Shown here piece after piece: positions 60,595 to 64,000 of a stretch of DNA of 64,000 nucleotides. The stretch covers positions 33,931-97,930 of the forward strand of contig JAZNNR010000018.1 in the NCBI GenBank assembly GCA_045580325.1, given 5' to 3'. Origin of the DNA: Eubacteriales bacterium (lineage in GTDB: Bacteria; Bacillota; Clostridia; Oscillospirales; CAG-272). The number at the start of each line of letters is the position of its first letter. Positions within the stretch are counted from its first letter, which is position 1. A program made the position numbers and the translations under genes. The notes beneath the pieces are model-generated. The model ran no database searches and was not told the origin of the DNA. It saw only the letters and a list, made by a program, of their open reading frames with translations.

Positions 60595-61377
60595 TCAAAA
60601 TTCTTCTTTTATTCTCTGAACACCTATAAGCTTAAAATTATTATCAAAAGAAAACAGCACTCCGTTAAGTGTTATCTTGCCCGAGGCGAGCTTAAAGCGC
60701 GTGGGCATCTTGGTCTTAAACTTTGAGATCACGTTTTCTACCTCGACGCCGAGCGCAGACTCTTCACAGCCGCACATACCGACGTCTGTGATATAGCCGC
60801 TTCCCTTTGGCAGTATCTGCTCGTCGGCGGTAGTTACGTGGGTATGCGTTCCGAAGATCGCGTTTACACGCCCGTCAAGGTAATATCCGAGTGCTTTTTT
60901 CTCTGCTGTTGCTTCGGCGTGAATATCGAGAACAGAAATATCGTATCTTCCCTTTTCTCTTTCGATTATCTTATCGACCGTTTCAAAAGGGCAAGCGAGC
61001 GAGTCCATAAACATAGTTCCGAGAATATTTATCACAAGTACTCTCGCAACACCCGTTTCAAAGATCGTATATCCCTTTCCGGGAACTGACGGGGGATAAT
61101 TTGCAGGTCTTATAATTTCCTCTTTATCGTCGAGATAGCTGTAAATACGGTTCTTTTTCCACACGTGGTTACCGCTTGTTATCACGTCCACTCCCGCAGT
61201 GAAAAGGTCTTCGGCATCGTCGGGATTTATTCCGTTTCCCTCGGCAGCGTTTTCTCCGTTTGCTACTATCATAGAAACGTCGTATTTTCTACGTATTGCG
61301 CCGAGATTTTTCTGCATACAGGACAGTGTGTCGGGTCCGACTATATCGCCCAGACAAAGCAAATTAAAATTTCCCAT
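60595..61377 (-). CDS. ymdB: YmdB-family metallophosphoesterase (TIGR00282; 2',3'-cyclic-nucleotide phosphodiesterase)
   Basis: ATG at 61377 gives MGNFNLLCLGDIVG, with NGENAAEGNGI and SGNHVW. The 32 extra codons in the track ORF run through a long hairpin. Confidence 0.9.
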   Translation of the reverse strand: MGNFNLLCLGDIVGPDTLSCMQKNLGAIRRKYDVSMIVANGENAAEGNGINPDDAEDLFTAGVDVITSGNHVWKKNRIYSYLDDKEEIIRPANYPPSVPGKGYTIFETGVARVLVINILGTMFMDSLACPFETVDKIIEREKGRYDISVLDIHAEATAEKKALGYYLDGRVNAIFGTHTHVTTADEQILPKGSGYITDVGMCGCEESALGVEVENVISKFKTKMPTRFKLASGKITLNGVLFSFDNNFKLIGVQRIKEEF

Positions 61378-61390
61378 CGAAATTTCCCTT

Positions 61391-61476
61391 CTAAAAATAA
61401 AACTAAAAAACGATGCGGTGCCAACGGACTTTAGATAACTCTGTAAGGTTATCTGACCGCAAGTCCGCGGCACCGC
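61391..61476 (-). terminator. Long three-segment hairpin plus T-run between rny and ymdB (terminator/attenuator)
   Basis: GCGGTGCC/GGCACCGC, GGACTT/AAGTCC and AGATAAC/GTTATCT give 21 bp in total across 61415-61476. On the minus strand the stem is followed by AUCGUUUUUU. Confidence 0.55.
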
Positions 61477-61622
61477 TTTTGTAACATATTCAATATATAC
61501 TTATACGGAGATCTCCGTCTTTTTTTCAAAGGAGTTTTATATTATCATATGTTATCCGCAAGGCCTCCTATTCTCTCGGAAGCACATCTGCGTGGTTGAA
61601 ATGTTAATGTTTTTCTTGCAAA

Positions 61623-63164
61623 TTATTTTGCATAGTCAACGGCACGGCTTTCACGAACCACATTTACCTTGATCTGTCCCGGATATTTAAGTTCCGCTTC
61701 TATCTTCTTTGCAATTTCTCTTGCAAGAAGCACCATATCGGTATCGGATACCATTTCGGGCTTGACCATAATGCGAATTTCTCTACCTGCCTGAATTGCG
61801 AACGATTTTTCTACGCCGGGAAGGCTTTCAGCCAGCTCTTCCATCTTCTGAAGTCGCTTGATATAATTCTCAACGTTTTCTCTGCGTGCGCCCGGACGTG
61901 CTGCCGAAATAGCATCTGCCGCCTGAACGATAAACGCAATTACCGAGTGAGATTCTATATCTCCGTGGTGCGCTTCGATTGCGTGTATGATTTCTTCGCT
62001 TTCCTTATACTTCTTGGCGAGTTCTACGCCGATCTGAACGTGTGAGCCCTCTGTTTCGTGTGTCATCGCCTTTCCTATGTCGTGGAGAAGTCCGGCGCGC
62101 TTTGCTACCATACTGTCAACTCCAAGCTCATCGGCAATCATGCCTGAAAGGAGCGATACCTCAACCGAGTGCATCAAAACATTTTGTCCATAACTTGTGC
62201 GGTACTTAAGTCTTCCGAGGATCTTTACGAGATCTGCGTGTATTCCGTGAATACCTGTATCAAACGTTGCACGTTCTCCTGCCTGCTTGACACTCGCTTC
62301 GACCTCTTTTTTAGATTTTTCGACGATCTCCTCTATCCTTGCGGGATGGATTCTTCCGTCAACAATAAGCTTTTCGAGAGTAAGTCTTGCAACCTCACGG
62401 CGTACAGGATCAAATCCTGAAAGTGTGATCGCCTCGGGAGTATCGTCTATTATGAGATCTACACCCGTCAGAGTTTCTATCGCTCTGATATTTCTTCCCT
62501 CACGGCCGATTATTCGACCCTTCATTTCGTCATTGGGGAGCGGAACTACCGAAATAGTAGCCTCTGCCACCTGATCGGACGCACATCTTGCAATCGCAAG
62601 AGATATGATATTCTTTGCCTTATCATCGGCAACTTCCTTGAGCTTTTCCTCGATTTCAACGAGTCTGAGCGCTGCCGAATGCTTGGCTTCGTCCTCTATC
62701 TGAGAAATGATTTCCTGCTTTGCTTCTTCTACCGTATATCCGGAAATTTTTTCAAGTCTATCAAGCTGTATTGCTCTGATCTTCTGAATCTCGCCTGTAA
62801 GCTCGTTATTTTCCTTGATCTTTTTATCAAGTATTTCTTCCTTGCGTTCAGCGGCTTCTATCTTTTTATCAAGAGCTTCTTCTCTCGAAACGCATCTGCG
62901 TTCAAGTCTTGAAAGTTCACTTCTTCTTTCCTTGATCTCGCGTTCAAATTCCTTATTGGAACGCATGATCTCTTCTTTGGCTTCTATCAAAGCTTCTTTC
63001 TTCTTGGTTTCTGCTGCTTTTACACCTTCTTCAAGGATTCTTTTTGCTTCTTTACTTGCCGAGCCTATTTTAGATTCAGCGATCTTCTTACGTATAAGAA
63101 CACCTGCAAGAATACCGACAACAAGCGCCGCTGCAGCAACCAAGATCCAAATCCAATCTTCCAT
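61623..63164 (-). CDS. rny: Ribonuclease Y
   Basis: 513 aa. N-terminal TM helix, coiled coil, KH domain ([13 protein letters not shown]) and HD domain (LLHDIGKA). Confidence 0.97.
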   Translation of the reverse strand: MEDWIWILVAAAALVVGILAGVLIRKKIAESKIGSASKEAKRILEEGVKAAETKKKEALIEAKEEIMRSNKEFEREIKERRSELSRLERRCVSREEALDKKIEAAERKEEILDKKIKENNELTGEIQKIRAIQLDRLEKISGYTVEEAKQEIISQIEDEAKHSAALRLVEIEEKLKEVADDKAKNIISLAIARCASDQVAEATISVVPLPNDEMKGRIIGREGRNIRAIETLTGVDLIIDDTPEAITLSGFDPVRREVARLTLEKLIVDGRIHPARIEEIVEKSKKEVEASVKQAGERATFDTGIHGIHADLVKILGRLKYRTSYGQNVLMHSVEVSLLSGMIADELGVDSMVAKRAGLLHDIGKAMTHETEGSHVQIGVELAKKYKESEEIIHAIEAHHGDIESHSVIAFIVQAADAISAARPGARRENVENYIKRLQKMEELAESLPGVEKSFAIQAGREIRIMVKPEMVSDTDMVLLAREIAKKIEAELKYPGQIKVNVVRESRAVDYAK

Positions 63165-63344
63165 CTTTGCACCTCCTTATTAAGTTTTTTATTTTTCAAA
63201 TTTAACAATACTGCACTAAGTATCTAGAACATATCTATTTTACTACAAAACAAGCCGTTTGTCAATACGGCAAACGGCTTGCTTTATCAAAATAATGTTA
63301 ATATTTATAGAGTTTTGTCTTTTTTATAACAATTTATAGAAAAA

Positions 63345-64000
63345 TTATATTTTCTTATCAAGGCTCGATACCATAGCGTACGCTATATACTGACAGACGA
63401 AATATCCTACAACTGCAAATCCGATCTTATACACGAAAGGCAGTACAAGGAAAAGATATTCGGACACAAGCACGGGCGCGCCGTAGCTATTTATCGAATC
63501 AACGGTATCGGTAATACAGAATATAAGCTGTGTCGCAAGATAGACAAAAACAGGAAGAGCTACCGAAGCGTTCAGAAGTGAATTTTTCGGAAGTCCTGCC
63601 ACGAGCGTTTCGTGAGAGAGCTTTCTGCCGCTCGCTTTTATCGAAGAAACTCTGAGCTTTGCCGCAAAGAAGGCCGCGCACATTACCACCATCAGCATAA
63701 GCACGTTCATAAAGTAAGATATCATAGCCCACCAAACGAGCATCTCGTCGTGCATCTGCGTGAGAGTATAATTTGAGAGCACAAACGTACCGAGCCCCGA
63801 AAGAACATATTCGTCTATCACAGCGTAAAGCCAAAGAACAAAGGGCTTCAGCAGAACGACCAAAAACAAAAAGGAGAGCGCTTCTATCCAGAACAGCCTT
63901 GACGCAAGCTTATTTTCGTGAGCGAAAACACAGCAGACTATCAGAGCGCACTGCGCAAGAAATGCCGTAGTTACCGCAAGCTCGGAAAGCTTACTGAAAA
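63345..64000 (-). CDS. Polytopic membrane protein of unknown function, 5' end outside the window
   Basis: The track ORF starts at a TTG at 63869, but I translated the same frame by hand and it stays open to position 64000 (...AFLAQCALIVCCVFAHENKLASRLFWIEALSF...). The gene therefore probably starts beyond the window. Confidence 0.6.
   Translation of the reverse strand, partial: FSKLSELAVTTAFLAQCALIVCCVFAHENKLASRLFWIEALSFLFLVVLLKPFVLWLYAVIDEYVLSGLGTFVLSNYTLTQMHDEMLVWWAMISYFMNVLMLMVVMCAAFFAAKLRVSSIKASGRKLSHETLVAGLPKNSLLNASVALPVFVYLATQLIFCITDTVDSINSYGAPVLVSEYLFLVLPFVYKIGFAVVGYFVCQYIAYAMVSSLDKKI

Noticed and set aside
60595-61473. The 292-aa version of ymdB starting at 61473
   Set aside because: The extension reads through a 62-nt hairpin and T-run. 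The canonical N-terminus MGNFNLLCLGD starts at 61377.

Overview
The window looks like a chromosomal segment of a low-to-mid G+C Firmicute, probably a Clostridia or Oscillospiraceae-like gut organism; species cannot be assigned from sequence alone. Most of it is housekeeping. This includes pyruvate:ferredoxin oxidoreductase, RqcH, a complete nine-gene V-type ATPase operon, two RNA methyltransferases (THUMP-type and RlmD-like), a split ChrA pair and the CCA-adding enzyme. It also includes a Trp T-box leader driving an orphan trpB, rplM-rpsI, an S1-domain protein, rsmA, tRNA-Thr(CGU), an OmpR-type two-component system, ymdB and rny. A seven-gene minus-strand locus (32000-44828) encodes a giant solute-binding protein, two ABC permease pairs, an NHL-TPR-Yip1 fusion protein and a 1100-aa unknown protein, with no ATPase. 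The most unusual content is non-coding. Two accessory islands sit directly after translation-machinery genes: island 1 after rlmD (23763-28319) and island 2 between the trpB terminator and rpsI (47771-52742). Both are built from unrelated one- to three-gene cassettes separated by the same family of modular repeats. The modules are a REP-like GTAG-hairpin...hairpin-CTAC element, a fused consensus promoter, arrays of CGATAT motifs alternating with variable hairpins, and a conserved 3' boundary. In island 2 there are also repeated copies of the last codons plus terminator of rpsI. No recombinase or transposase gene is visible in the window. I read this as an integrase-less, promoter-equipped cassette-accretion architecture; that reading is inference and needs comparative genomics.
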